This document shows, piece by piece, positions 9,881-19,461 of a DNA stretch of 64,000 nucleotides. The first letter of the stretch is position 1. Each line of letters begins with the position of its first letter. The notes below the pieces were generated by a model that was given only the letters and a program-made list of their open reading frames with translations, made no database searches and had not been told where the DNA came from. The position numbers and the translations under genes were made by a program. This DNA comes from Candidatus Woesebacteria bacterium (GTDB lineage: Bacteria > Patescibacteriota > Microgenomatia > UBA8517), in NCBI GenBank assembly GCA_963716475.1, contig OY970314.1, forward strand, positions 237,226 to 301,225, given 5' to 3'.

Positions 9881-10781
9881 TACCCATTATAGCCTGATAG
9901 AAGACCTCTGCAAAGGATCCTGTTCCTGCCATTGTTGAGGCACCTAAAACCTGTCCGCCTGTTCCTGTTCCTGCAGGGGTTCCGGGATCTCCTGGCATAC
10001 AATCGTTAACTGCATTGACTGCAAAGTGGTAACCGACTCCGGGCGTAAGACCGTTGATAGTATATGAAGTGACATTTCCTGTGTTGGCTACACCGTACTG
10101 ATAACCGGGGGCACTTCCGTAAACGATTGAGTAATATGTTGCATTAGCAACAGCGCTCCAGGTTAGTATTTCGCTATTTCCTGTACGGACTGCTGAAAGA
10201 ATAGTAGGTGTTCCGGGCTTTGTGGCATTGCATACTGAGGGACCCGCTTGGCTGGACGAATTTCCACCTTCGTTTGAAGGACCGGGTGTGGCTTCGGGTG
10301 TAGGACTAGGTGTAGCATTTGGCTCACAATCTACGATCGGAGCGTCGTTGCAAGCGACTGTCTGTGTATCAGCGGGCACAGTTTTCTGACAACTATTCCC
10401 TACATGGGTATAATCAGCAGGACAACCTGTTGGAGCGGTATGTTCGGGATTAATATCGTTATTGTTTCTGTGGCAACGCTCGTTCCAATTTCCATTATTT
10501 TGCCAATGATAACCGATTGGACAAATACCGTCTGCGTATTCGGTATGGCTTGTTGAACACTCATCATCACTTCCGTTATGATGTTCACAAATCTGGGTCT
10601 TGGTTCCTACACTCGAACCACATTGGGTTGCAACACAATCGGAGGTATCAACCCACCTATTATCAGTATGAGACGTGCCGGCTGAGACTGAGGTTAGGGA
10701 TTTTCCAAGAAGAAAAGCGGCTACAGCCAATACGGCTGTCAGGGCTAAAACTGAAGCTTTACCTGGATTAAATTTGCTCAT
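9822..10781 (-). CDS. Cys-rich secreted surface protein with fibronectin type III domain and C-terminal sorting signal
   Basis: Signal peptide; Cys/His/Trp-rich region; FN3-like TILSAVRTGNSEILTWSAVANATYYSIVYG...GLTPGVGYHFAVNAVN; C-terminus GQVLGASTMAGTGS + hydrophobic stretch + KKASKK. Confidence 0.65.
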   Translation of the reverse strand: MSKFNPGKASVLALTAVLAVAAFLLGKSLTSVSAGTSHTDNRWVDTSDCVATQCGSSVGTKTQICEHHNGSDDECSTSHTEYADGICPIGYHWQNNGNWNERCHRNNNDINPEHTAPTGCPADYTHVGNSCQKTVPADTQTVACNDAPIVDCEPNATPSPTPEATPGPSNEGGNSSSQAGPSVCNATKPGTPTILSAVRTGNSEILTWSAVANATYYSIVYGSAPGYQYGVANTGNVTSYTINGLTPGVGYHFAVNAVNDCMPGDPGTPAGTGTGGQVLGASTMAGTGSFAEVFYQAIMGIGATLSAFGLKGLKKASKK

Positions 10782-10843
10782 ATTTTTATGAACTGGGCTA
10801 TGATATCAGCGATTTCTCAGCTTGTCAAGTACTAACCTATAGG

Positions 10844-11752
10844 TTACGTACTTTTCTTTCTGAAGAGCAGGTAGCCGATTACTATAAGAACCAATACGAC
10901 TCCGAAAGAAATTAATTTGTGTGTCGAAATCCAGTTGCCAAACCCGGAACTTGTGGCCGTGGCGGATACGCCCGTGGCTATTGGGGAAGCTGTTGCGCTT
11001 GGGGTCGGGGTAACTTTGGTTCCTAATACGGATCCTGTTCCTTTCTCTTTAGGAAGGACTGTTACTTTGCCGGAAACAGGTGCGCTTGATGCGCCAAGAA
11101 CCTGAACTGTTGCTCCTGTGTCCCCAACCAGGCCCGACGAGTTGCCTGCGTGATCAATTGCTCTGATGTTGTAGTAATACTCTACGGTAGGATCAAGACC
11201 ATTGTCGTCCCACGTCATTGTATCTCCGGGGTTTCCGCCTGCTTCTACAAGCCTGTGGGAATCATCCGCGTTGAACCCGGCTACCGTACCTCTATATATA
11301 ATTACTTTTGTGTAATCGCTATCCAGCGGGTTTTTCCAGTGAATTTTATAGGTAGTTCCGCCTGCCATTCTGTCCTTTCCGAAGTCAGAAACAGACCCCG
11401 GAGCGGTTGTATCCAAGGTTACCGCCGTTTCACTTGATACTCCGTCTACAATGACCTCAAACCAGAATTTTCCTTCCGATCCAAACTGATACCCGTTTAC
11501 CTGAACCAGACACTGGTTTACCGTCAAATTAATGGCCGGTCCAAAGGCGACGTAGCTTCCTCCATCTTTCTTCGAATAAAACTGTGCGTTGGTTCCGTTG
11601 GAAGTACAGGAAAGTTTAAAATCCGTATAGTTGATATACCCCGGCAATGTTTGGATTTGGACAATAGTTGCAGCATGAGCAGAGCTTACAAATAAAGCCA
11701 AGCCTACCAAACCGCCAAGTAACGAAACAACTATTTTGTTAATTTTTTGCAT
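10844..11752 (-). CDS. secreted FN3-like surface protein with sorting signal and THK-TM anchor
   Basis: Signal peptide (AHA cleavage); FN3-like (YKIHWKNP...EYYYNIRAIDHAGNSSG); VQVLGASS...LPKEKGTGS; C-terminal ISTHKLISFGVVLVLIVIGYLLFRKKST. Confidence 0.65.
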   Translation of the reverse strand: MQKINKIVVSLLGGLVGLALFVSSAHAATIVQIQTLPGYINYTDFKLSCTSNGTNAQFYSKKDGGSYVAFGPAINLTVNQCLVQVNGYQFGSEGKFWFEVIVDGVSSETAVTLDTTAPGSVSDFGKDRMAGGTTYKIHWKNPLDSDYTKVIIYRGTVAGFNADDSHRLVEAGGNPGDTMTWDDNGLDPTVEYYYNIRAIDHAGNSSGLVGDTGATVQVLGASSAPVSGKVTVLPKEKGTGSVLGTKVTPTPSATASPIATGVSATATSSGFGNWISTHKLISFGVVLVLIVIGYLLFRKKST

Positions 11753-14700
11753 GTTTTTTGGTTCCTTTCTTTAGGCTGTACCCCCTCATAAAAAGTCCGA
11801 TTCCCAACGCGCTTAAAGCGAACATGAGTACTTCAGTCGGGCTTCCAGTTCCCGGAAGTTCTGTGGATGCGCCCAATACCTGTCCCTGCAAGTTTCCGCC
11901 GTAGCTATTGCCGTTGCCGATCGTAACGGTAGAATTAGCTTGGGAACAATCTTCGGTGAGACTGGTGTTGTATGTTGCTGTACAGCCTGCGAAGTTTTGA
12001 TAACTTCCGTTCGAAAGAGACGAATCGGTTGTAACCCTGTATGAAAGCGCAACTACCGCACCCGCAGCAAGCGGTCCGAAGTTCCATGTTAATCTGGATC
12101 CGTTTACTGTCGGATCCGTGCCTGTTACGCCTGATGTGGAATTTGTGATGTAAGTAAACCCGCCGGGCAAGATATCGGTAATCTGCACATTACTGAAGTT
12201 AACGTTTCCGTTATTTGTGATTGTCAAAGTATAGGTCACTTGATTTCCTGCATTGATTCCGCCACCGGAATTATTGGACTTTGCAATAGTAATGCTGGGA
12301 TTTTGCCAGGTGTTGGTTATGGTACAAGTCGCACTTTCCCCATTTCCTACCTCTAGCTCTGTACAGTTGTCGTATGAGGCTAGATAACTATCCACTGCCG
12401 GTTCTGTAACAGTATATGTTCCCACATTAACCAGGGATTCGTTTTGCCCGTCAGCCGGATCAAAAGTTATCGCGGTGCCTCCGTTTATCCGGAATGAGAA
12501 ATCGTCAAATGTTGCGTCTCCTCCACTGATTACTTTTTTGACAATTAGCGTTCCAGGCTGGTCATCATTGGTAATGGTGCAGGTCCTGGTTTCTCCTATG
12601 GTGATTGTTCCGGAACAATCTGTTCCGAGTGTCTTGGTATAACCGGCAAAATCTTCCTCGTTAACGGAGTAGTCTCCTGCGTCCAGGGTTACTGTCGTTC
12701 CGGGGTTTTCGGCTCCTGCGAAAGACGGGTCGGAAACATTTGTCCCTGTGACGTTCATCGTGAAGTCCCCGGCCAGTGCCTGCCCGCCGTTATCAGTAAT
12801 TACATGCTTGATGACGGTTAATTGCGGAGATACATCGTTATTGGTAATTGTGCAGGTTTTGGAATCGGCAAGAGTTAAGGTTATTGAACCGTTAGCTGTA
12901 CAATCCCCTCCCCAGTCGGAAGCTGAATAGCCGGGCAAGTTTATTTCACTCGCGTTATGGGCACCTATTGTGAATGGATTAAAATCACCGCTGGTAACTG
13001 TTGTGCTGTCAACTTTAAGGACAAAATCAGCTACGTTTTTGGTACCACCATGGTCATTATTAACTGTTTTGACAAGTTTAAGTTGGGGAGCAATTGCGGT
13101 ATTCGTTATGGTGCAGGTCTTTGTTTCGCCCAAAGCTATGGTTCCGGAACAACCCGCCGAGTCCGACTGAGTGTAGCCTGAAGGGCCGGATTCCGTAACA
13201 TTATATGTTCCAACTGTTGTCAGGGTTTTATTCACTCCACTTTCGCTTCCTGCAAAGGAGTTTCCACCGATTGCAGTTACTCCGCCGATTGTCATGGTAA
13301 AGTCGGCGGCCGTATTTATCGATGCGGTTACTCCATTATTAACGTGCTTAATAACAATTAAATGAGCTGCCTGATCGCTATTGCTTATTGTACAAATGGC
13401 ATTTTGAGCGAGCCCCAAGGTTATAGTACTGCCGGACAAATTACCGATATCGCAGGACCAACTTCCGTCTTGGGCATATCCTGCCAGGTTTGATTCGGAC
13501 AATGTGTATCCAACCCCCGCCGTTACCGCATGGAACGTAGCGGAATCGCCGGTATCAGTGAAGCCGTTAGCATCACCCGTTGCAGTTAAATTCCAATTTG
13601 CCGGTACGGCGCCTCCGCCGTAATTGTTTGCAACTACCTTAACCAATTTTAAAGTTGGGGCAATGTCATCGTTTGTGATAGTGCAAGTTGCTTCCTGGTT
13701 AATTCCGAGAGTAATATTGGAACCGTTTTGTGTCCCTCCCGCACAGACCCAATTACCTGCCGTATAACCGCCGGGATTTGTTTCACTTAAAGCGAAAGTA
13801 TCGGCTTTTAGTGTCGCACCCGAATCAACCGGGCTTGTCCCACTTAGGTCATTTGATCCTGTACCGTTTGCGGTAAGTGTGAAGTTAGCAACCGTGGCAG
13901 CTCCCCCGTTATTATTTACAACAATTTTTCGGAGGTGAAGTATTGGGGCAATATCGTTATTTGTTATGGTGCAGGTGGCAGATTCACCTAACCCGAGGGT
14001 TATATCATTTCCAAATTGATATCCTCCAACGCAGACCCAAGAGCTCGCGTTGTAGCCGCCGGGACCTGATTCAGATAATGCGTATGTACCGGTAGAGAAG
14101 GTGTCACCGCTATCAACAGGAGTTGTGCCACTTAATGGTGTTGCACCTGCAGCCGATAAAGTCCAAGCTGTTGCTGGCGCTGTACCACCATTATCATTAA
14201 CGATAACTTTTCGGAGCTGAAGAGCCGGTGCATTGTCGTTATTTGTTATAGTGCAGGTTGCCGTTCCGCCGTTCGCGATTACAACACCCGAGCAATTGTC
14301 ATACGAAGTTGTATAGCCGGTAAAAGGAGCTTCCGTAACATTATATGTCCCTGCATTTACAGTTAAATCATTTTCTGCATGGAGGTTATCGGTACTCTGG
14401 CTAAAAGTAATTGGATTCCCTCCGTTGACCGAAAAAGTAAAGTCGTTAGCATTTTCGCCCCCACCGTTATTGTTAATCACTACTTTCTTAACTTTCAAGG
14501 TTGCGGTCTTATCGTTGTTGTTAATAGTACAAGTTGCGCTGTCGCCCCCGGCGAGAGTGATTGAGCTTCCGGTTACGGCTTGCCCTCCATTTTTAACACA
14601 ACTCCAATCTCCGGCTGTGTAGCCTGCGGGAGTTGCCGATTCTGAAAGAGTATAAGTTCCAATTCCAACTGAGGCGTTTGTGACATTCGTGCTTCCGGTA

Positions 14701-16409
14701 GCCCCGGAAATTGTATTTGGACCGGTTGCTGTAAGTGTCCAATCTGTTGCAGCTGCCGCTCCCCCATTATCATTTGTTATTGTTTTGACAAGTGTTAAGT
14801 GTGCATTTTGAACAGTGTTGGTGATTGTGCAAAGAATATCTTGGTCGAATGCGGCATTTAGGGTCCAGGGATTTGTTCCTGTTACTGAAACTGGTGTTTG
14901 TGTTTCACTAATTACGCAGGAGACAGCCGACGTATAGTTACTTAGGGAAGTATCTGTTCCAGACGTTTCCCCGATGGAATTTGAACCAGCCGTGACCCCG
15001 ATTTTTCCTGTATCTCCACCATTCCCAATGTTTGTTGCCTTTGTGTTCCCATTCACCTGCAAATTAAATAATCCAGAATCACTTGAAGGAGAAAGAGTTT
15101 TGACTATCTCAATCGATGATGGTGGAACGGGAATGTCTACGGTAAAACCATCTTGGCAATTGCATTTAGATTTCGTCCCAGGGACGGCATCATTTGGCGA
15201 GCTGCATGCACCATCGTTTTGTTGCCAGCTAGTACAATAAGGGAGTTTTAGAAAGCCACTGCTATCTGGATTGCAAGTTGCAGTCATTGTTATGGAGATT
15301 GTCCCGGTTCCGGCACTGCTTATGTCTCCACAAGAATCAGTACCACTTTCTGTAAAAGGTGCAGGAGTACTCGGTAAAATTGTACCCGAGCATAACCCAT
15401 GCAATGCGCTTGTTTGACCATTTGTTGCAAACCAAAGGCCTACATTATAGCGATCACTTGCATTTGAGTGTATTTGCCAATTGGCTGTAAAATTTACGGT
15501 GTCGCCGGGAAATCTACATCCATGACCGTTAATTACAATTCCTGAGACGGAAGCAAGCGAGATGTCGTCAGCTGTGCAAACGAGTCCACTTGGAGATTTG
15601 GTTTGGTCTTGTACACACGCAATATTACTTAAAGTTGTGGCTGATGCACTATCATTAAATGTTGTTGTGGCTACAACTCTCTCCAAATCCTTAATCTCAA
15701 CTTGATAATTTGGCCTGTAGTTGCTGTCAAGTTGGTAGGAATAAACTATCTCGCCTTTATCATTTGCGGTTACGGAACCGGTAAAATTAACAGCCGGGGC
15801 ATCGGAAGAAGTTATATTAATAGTGTAGGTTTTCCCCGTGATGAACCCTACCCCTGTGATTAAGACTGAATCTGTGGGTGCGTAATCAAGCTTATCTGTG
15901 GCTATCGTGGCACTTCCGTCTGTTTGGTATGTAATATCGAATTGATCAATTGTGGAGGTGTCTACTGCGGTGTTTTGTAAAATAGTGGCTGATATATGGC
16001 CATTTTCAACCGGAGCCTCGGAAGTTAATATCGGGCTGGAGATTGGCTGATCCGAGGCAGGAGGACCCTGGACCGTTGGATTGCTCTCAGGTGCCTGGGT
16101 TACTACCGGTTGGTCGGAAGGAGTTGGTGTTACCATATCCGTTGCGGCGGGTGTATCTTCAGGGGTAGGGGTTGCAATCTCTGCGGGCGTAGCATCGGGT
16201 ACAGCCGTGGGAGTGGAGGTGTCGGTTGGCGCAATTGTGGTTTGATTAGCCGATGCATCTGTGTCTATCGGTTGGACAGTCGCTTCAGGAACCGGAGTGG
16301 GAGTTGCTTCCTGGGCTAAAACGGTAAGAGGTGCAGCAAGGGAATTAAAAAGAAGCGCACTAGTGGCGATCACCGACAGGATTTTATTGAAATTAAGCTT
16401 AAATTTCAC
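11739..16409 (-). CDS. giant (1556 aa) LPxTG-type cell-wall-anchored repeat adhesin
   Basis: Signal peptide; about 12 tandem ~100-110 aa repeats (L.L.K.V.NDNGG...W.L.A.G...Y.LSE...GY...W.C...ATCTITN.D); C-terminal DUF11-like block (VTYTLTITNNGNVNFSNVQITDILPGGFTY); C-terminus QVLGASTELPGTGSP + hydrophobic + KKGTKKHAKN. Confidence 0.8.
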   Translation of the reverse strand: MKFKLNFNKILSVIATSALLFNSLAAPLTVLAQEATPTPVPEATVQPIDTDASANQTTIAPTDTSTPTAVPDATPAEIATPTPEDTPAATDMVTPTPSDQPVVTQAPESNPTVQGPPASDQPISSPILTSEAPVENGHISATILQNTAVDTSTIDQFDITYQTDGSATIATDKLDYAPTDSVLITGVGFITGKTYTINITSSDAPAVNFTGSVTANDKGEIVYSYQLDSNYRPNYQVEIKDLERVVATTTFNDSASATTLSNIACVQDQTKSPSGLVCTADDISLASVSGIVINGHGCRFPGDTVNFTANWQIHSNASDRYNVGLWFATNGQTSALHGLCSGTILPSTPAPFTESGTDSCGDISSAGTGTISITMTATCNPDSSGFLKLPYCTSWQQNDGACSSPNDAVPGTKSKCNCQDGFTVDIPVPPSSIEIVKTLSPSSDSGLFNLQVNGNTKATNIGNGGDTGKIGVTAGSNSIGETSGTDTSLSNYTSAVSCVISETQTPVSVTGTNPWTLNAAFDQDILCTITNTVQNAHLTLVKTITNDNGGAAAATDWTLTATGPNTISGATGSTNVTNASVGIGTYTLSESATPAGYTAGDWSCVKNGGQAVTGSSITLAGGDSATCTINNNDKTATLKVKKVVINNNGGGENANDFTFSVNGGNPITFSQSTDNLHAENDLTVNAGTYNVTEAPFTGYTTSYDNCSGVVIANGGTATCTITNNDNAPALQLRKVIVNDNGGTAPATAWTLSAAGATPLSGTTPVDSGDTFSTGTYALSESGPGGYNASSWVCVGGYQFGNDITLGLGESATCTITNNDIAPILHLRKIVVNNNGGAATVANFTLTANGTGSNDLSGTSPVDSGATLKADTFALSETNPGGYTAGNWVCAGGTQNGSNITLGINQEATCTITNDDIAPTLKLVKVVANNYGGGAVPANWNLTATGDANGFTDTGDSATFHAVTAGVGYTLSESNLAGYAQDGSWSCDIGNLSGSTITLGLAQNAICTISNSDQAAHLIVIKHVNNGVTASINTAADFTMTIGGVTAIGGNSFAGSESGVNKTLTTVGTYNVTESGPSGYTQSDSAGCSGTIALGETKTCTITNTAIAPQLKLVKTVNNDHGGTKNVADFVLKVDSTTVTSGDFNPFTIGAHNASEINLPGYSASDWGGDCTANGSITLTLADSKTCTITNNDVSPQLTVIKHVITDNGGQALAGDFTMNVTGTNVSDPSFAGAENPGTTVTLDAGDYSVNEEDFAGYTKTLGTDCSGTITIGETRTCTITNDDQPGTLIVKKVISGGDATFDDFSFRINGGTAITFDPADGQNESLVNVGTYTVTEPAVDSYLASYDNCTELEVGNGESATCTITNTWQNPSITIAKSNNSGGGINAGNQVTYTLTITNNGNVNFSNVQITDILPGGFTYITNSTSGVTGTDPTVNGSRLTWNFGPLAAGAVVALSYRVTTDSSLSNGSYQNFAGCTATYNTSLTEDCSQANSTVTIGNGNSYGGNLQGQVLGASTELPGTGSPTEVLMFALSALGIGLFMRGYSLKKGTKKHAKN

Positions 16410-16532
16410 TTTAATCTGGACAGATACCCGAGATTATACTATCAGATGTATCAATGTCAAGTTTTGCCTTGTAAAGTATTTACTATAAGGGTTCTGGGAA
16501 ATTTTTATAAATATCCTAAATACTTCAACTAC

Positions 16533-16562
16533 AATATAGGTTGTGTAAAAACTGTTGTCAAT
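16533..16562 (-). promoter_or_regulatory. putative promoter (TTGACA-17-TATATT) upstream of giant adhesin gene
   Basis: Reverse complement reads TTGACAacagtttttacacaaccTATATT; near-identical to the promoter at 24711..24739. Confidence 0.4.
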
Positions 16563-16611
16563 GCATTAAATTACATCAAAAAGCAGGATTTGTTTAAACC
16601 GTTATAATTAG

Positions 16612-17511
16612 GTGCCGACCATGAAAAAATATTTACTGCCTTTTTTAGCCTTGTCCGTTGTGGCGTTAATCGTATTTGTTATTTTCTTTTCGTCCAGGAC
16701 GGGAACCCAACCCTCCTCCGTAAACTCCTCGGTTCCTAAATTTGACCACATTGTAGTGATAGTTATGGAAAACAAGACCGAACAAAATATCATCGGAAAT
16801 AAAGACGCGCCTTACATTAATTCTTTGGCCGGAGCTGGTGCTTTAGCTGCCAACTACTCTGCGGTAGGAAGCCCCAGTTTGCCCAATTATTTGGCTCTTT
16901 TGGGGGGAAGCACTTTTGGAGTTACCAGTGATTGCACAGATTGTTTTCAAAATTCCGCCAATTTGGTAGACCAACTGGAACAAAACCATAGAACTTGGAA
17001 AGCCTATATGGAATCTATGCCATCGCCCTGTTTTCTCGGAGACTCAAATCCATATGCCCAAAAGCATAACCCTTTCATATATTTCGACGATATTAAAAAT
17101 AATAGTGACCGTTGCAATAATATTGTCCCAATGGACGGGCTTACTTCCGACCTGGCCACGACTTCCTTTACCCCGGATTTTATTTGGATTAGCCCGAATC
17201 TGTGTAATGATATGCACGACTGCCCTGTCCCGCAGGGCGATACCTGGCTCTCGCAGCAAATTCCGGGAATATTGGAATCCCCCGCTTTTAAACTTCAGAA
17301 ATCGTTATTGGTCCTGACTTGGGATGAGGGGAATTCCTCGGATAAAAAAGTAGCTACGATTTTGGTTGGCGCAGGCGTTAAAGGGGGGTTTGTCTCAAAC
17401 ACTTCATACACCCATTATTCGCTTTTGAAAACAATTGAAGCATCCTGGAATCTTTTGCCCTTAACAGCCAATGATCAAAAGGCCATCCCCCTGTCCGACT
17501 TTTTCCAATAA
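16612..17511 (+). CDS. phosphoesterase-family protein (acid phosphatase / phospholipase C-like), secreted
   Basis: N-terminal TM/signal; HIVVIVMENKT, SLPNYLALLGG and DMHDCPV motifs typical of the PF04185 phosphoesterase family; likely ATG start at about 16621. Confidence 0.65.
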   Translation: MPTMKKYLLPFLALSVVALIVFVIFFSSRTGTQPSSVNSSVPKFDHIVVIVMENKTEQNIIGNKDAPYINSLAGAGALAANYSAVGSPSLPNYLALLGGSTFGVTSDCTDCFQNSANLVDQLEQNHRTWKAYMESMPSPCFLGDSNPYAQKHNPFIYFDDIKNNSDRCNNIVPMDGLTSDLATTSFTPDFIWISPNLCNDMHDCPVPQGDTWLSQQIPGILESPAFKLQKSLLVLTWDEGNSSDKKVATILVGAGVKGGFVSNTSYTHYSLLKTIEASWNLLPLTANDQKAIPLSDFFQ

Positions 17512-17515
17512 GTTT

Positions 17516-17546
17516 TACCAAAAAAGCGGGGCAGACCCGAAGCTGG
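17516..17546 (+). repeat. intergenic A6-GC(A/G)GGGG motif, copy a
   Basis: taccaaaaaagcggggcagacccgaagctgg; between convergent genes; reverse strand gives a GGG..CCC hairpin + T6. Confidence 0.4.
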
Positions 17547-17562
17547 AGATAGTCATAAGGTT

Positions 17563-17805
17563 TTAGCCCAAATCAATTTCTTTCGAACCGGATCTGAATG
17601 GCTGACCCTCGAGAATGTGTTTTCGATTACTCTCTAAATACATTGCGCTTTTTGTTAGGACAAATTCTATTCTTTCCGAGTAATCTATGAGATCCCTTGG
17701 TAAAACAAATCCCGTGTTTGCCTTCTCGGATAGTTCCCTGACGATAGCGACGGCAACATCAACCCGTTCGGTCTTTTTCCACTTCGAGCTCGGATTTAAA
17801 TTCAT
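17563..17805 (-). CDS. hypothetical small protein (80 aa)
   Basis: ORF only; position is consistent with a terminator-like element just downstream. Confidence 0.25.
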   Translation of the reverse strand: MNLNPSSKWKKTERVDVAVAIVRELSEKANTGFVLPRDLIDYSERIEFVLTKSAMYLESNRKHILEGQPFRSGSKEIDLG

Positions 17806-17832
17806 GCCCGTATTCTACCAAAAGAACGACTA

Positions 17833-18543
17833 ATGTCAAAGCTCCCGCAAATTTTGACTTTGTGCCTATGCGGGTATACACTCTCGGGCAAGATGGGAAA
17901 AGAACAAGCTAGAGAAATCTTTAGGCAACAACTTGCAGCCCTTGGAGGAAACGGGGAAGCCGAGGCTGAAAAGTTAAAAAAGAAGAATGATGAGATTGTG
18001 CGTCTGGCCTCCAAATTCGATAAAGAAACGGAAAAATCTCTAATCGAAGCAGAAGAGCGTTTTTTGAAGGAAACAGAACCGGTCGCCTCAGTAGCAGGTA
18101 TTCTCGAAGAAGCTTGCAAAACTATTGAAAAAAGGGAAAGGAAAGAACCCGGGTCAATAAAACAGAGTAAGATTTTTAGAGTAGATATTCTTGGTGATCA
18201 TGGTACTGACAGTTATCCGGAGTATTACAACCAGGTAGACTTTGTAAAGGCCGTAGAGGATGGAAAATCTATCGATAGTTCAATAAGCGGGGTTATCCTG
18301 GCTTATACAGGAAACACCGAAGCAAGCTCGAACTGTGTACATTTGTGGGTAAAGATGGAAAAAGATGAAAAATCACTCATTTTTCCCAGAATCGCCTGGT
18401 ACATAGGAGAAAAGAACGGCGTGGTCGAAATCGGGAATCTTGATGTAACTCCATTTGCAACTCTGGTAGCAGAAAAGGTAGCCAATAGAGACTTCTATAA
18501 AAAGGTAGAGTACCCCGGTTGGGGTGATTGGAGTTTAAATTAA
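17833..18543 (+). CDS. hypothetical protein
   Basis: 236-aa ORF (probable start MGKEQ at about 17893); charged helical N-terminal region then a globular part; the overlapping antisense ORF 17802..18119 looks spurious. Confidence 0.45.
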   Translation: MSKLPQILTLCLCGYTLSGKMGKEQAREIFRQQLAALGGNGEAEAEKLKKKNDEIVRLASKFDKETEKSLIEAEERFLKETEPVASVAGILEEACKTIEKRERKEPGSIKQSKIFRVDILGDHGTDSYPEYYNQVDFVKAVEDGKSIDSSISGVILAYTGNTEASSNCVHLWVKMEKDEKSLIFPRIAWYIGEKNGVVEIGNLDVTPFATLVAEKVANRDFYKKVEYPGWGDWSLN

Positions 18544-18561
18544 TTCCTCCTTATTTGAACT

Positions 18562-18584
18562 GTAAAAAAGCAGGGTGCTTTCAG
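18562..18584 (+). repeat. intergenic A6-GCAGGG motif, copy b
   Basis: gtaaaaaagcagggtgctttcag; overlaps the stop of the minus-strand acyltransferase gene. Confidence 0.4.
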
Positions 18585-19366
18585 TTTCTATACACACCCC
18601 TCATCTCCGGAGGCAGCATATCTGCAAGCCTTTGCATATGAACATCCGCGAGATACTGAGCCCTTTCTTTTGGATCTTTCGGTAGTGAACTCTTTTCGAG
18701 ATTCATTTCTCCCAAACTTAAGGGTTTTCCTACCTCGATTTTTGGGTGATTGGAAAACTTCCCGTAAACAATTGCTACGGGCAGATAACGCAATTTGTCA
18801 GCCTGGTCATATGCCTCAAGATATCCAATACCCTTTTTTGCAGGCAATAGTGCCCCGTTATCACTTCTGGTTCCTTCCGGAGCGATTCCATAAACCGAAC
18901 CGGGAAGTTTCATTACGTTTTCTGTAATTATTCTTAAGTTGGCACTCATTCGTTGGCTTCTTTTATCACTATATATATTTGCATTTGTACTATCTTTATC
19001 CTCAGGTTGGACAATGGGTAAAATTTGGATACCGAGAGGTTTTAAGGCCCTGAGAAGCATGGCGCTTTTGAAATCACGGGCGGGATCATAATGTTTCATT
19101 GCAGCAGGACCAATAATCCTTTTTGCATTTGTCAGAAAATTAAATACCATAGGAACGGCCAATTCGGCATCCGTCATGGATGTATGGCTTATATAGAAGA
19201 CTACGGAATTTTCTTTAAGAAGTTCATTTGCCGATAGAATGTTTTGCCGGCTTTCTTCGGAAAACTCAAGATTCAAACGGCGCAAAAGCCCTTCCCACAC
19301 TTTCCCCGCCGCAGCACGACGAAATTCCCGAAGGGATCCTCCCAACCCGGCTTCATTTTCCCGCAT
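18581..19366 (-). CDS. lysophospholipid (1-acyl-sn-glycerol-3-phosphate) acyltransferase family
   Basis: HxxxxD box (ISHTSMTD) and APEGTRS box characteristic of PlsC-type acyltransferases. Confidence 0.65.
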   Translation of the reverse strand: MRENEAGLGGSLREFRRAAAGKVWEGLLRRLNLEFSEESRQNILSANELLKENSVVFYISHTSMTDAELAVPMVFNFLTNAKRIIGPAAMKHYDPARDFKSAMLLRALKPLGIQILPIVQPEDKDSTNANIYSDKRSQRMSANLRIITENVMKLPGSVYGIAPEGTRSDNGALLPAKKGIGYLEAYDQADKLRYLPVAIVYGKFSNHPKIEVGKPLSLGEMNLEKSSLPKDPKERAQYLADVHMQRLADMLPPEMRGVYRN

Positions 19367-19393
19367 GAAAGTGATTATAACAAATTCAGTTTG

Positions 19394-19417
19394 CCCAAAA
19401 AAAGAGGGGTGCTTTTC
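19394..19417 (+). repeat. intergenic A7-GAGGGG motif, copy c
   Basis: cccaaaaaaagaggggtgcttttc. Confidence 0.35.
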
Positions 19418-19461
19418 TCCCTGTTTACACTAACCTTTATATTTATTAAACTGACTACCGT

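Noticed and set aside
17802-18119. 105-aa minus-strand ORF overlapping the 17833..18543 plus-strand gene
   Set aside because: Low-complexity Ser/Phe/Ala-rich translation (SSFFFFNFSASASPFPP), antisense to a longer, more protein-like ORF; treated as spurious
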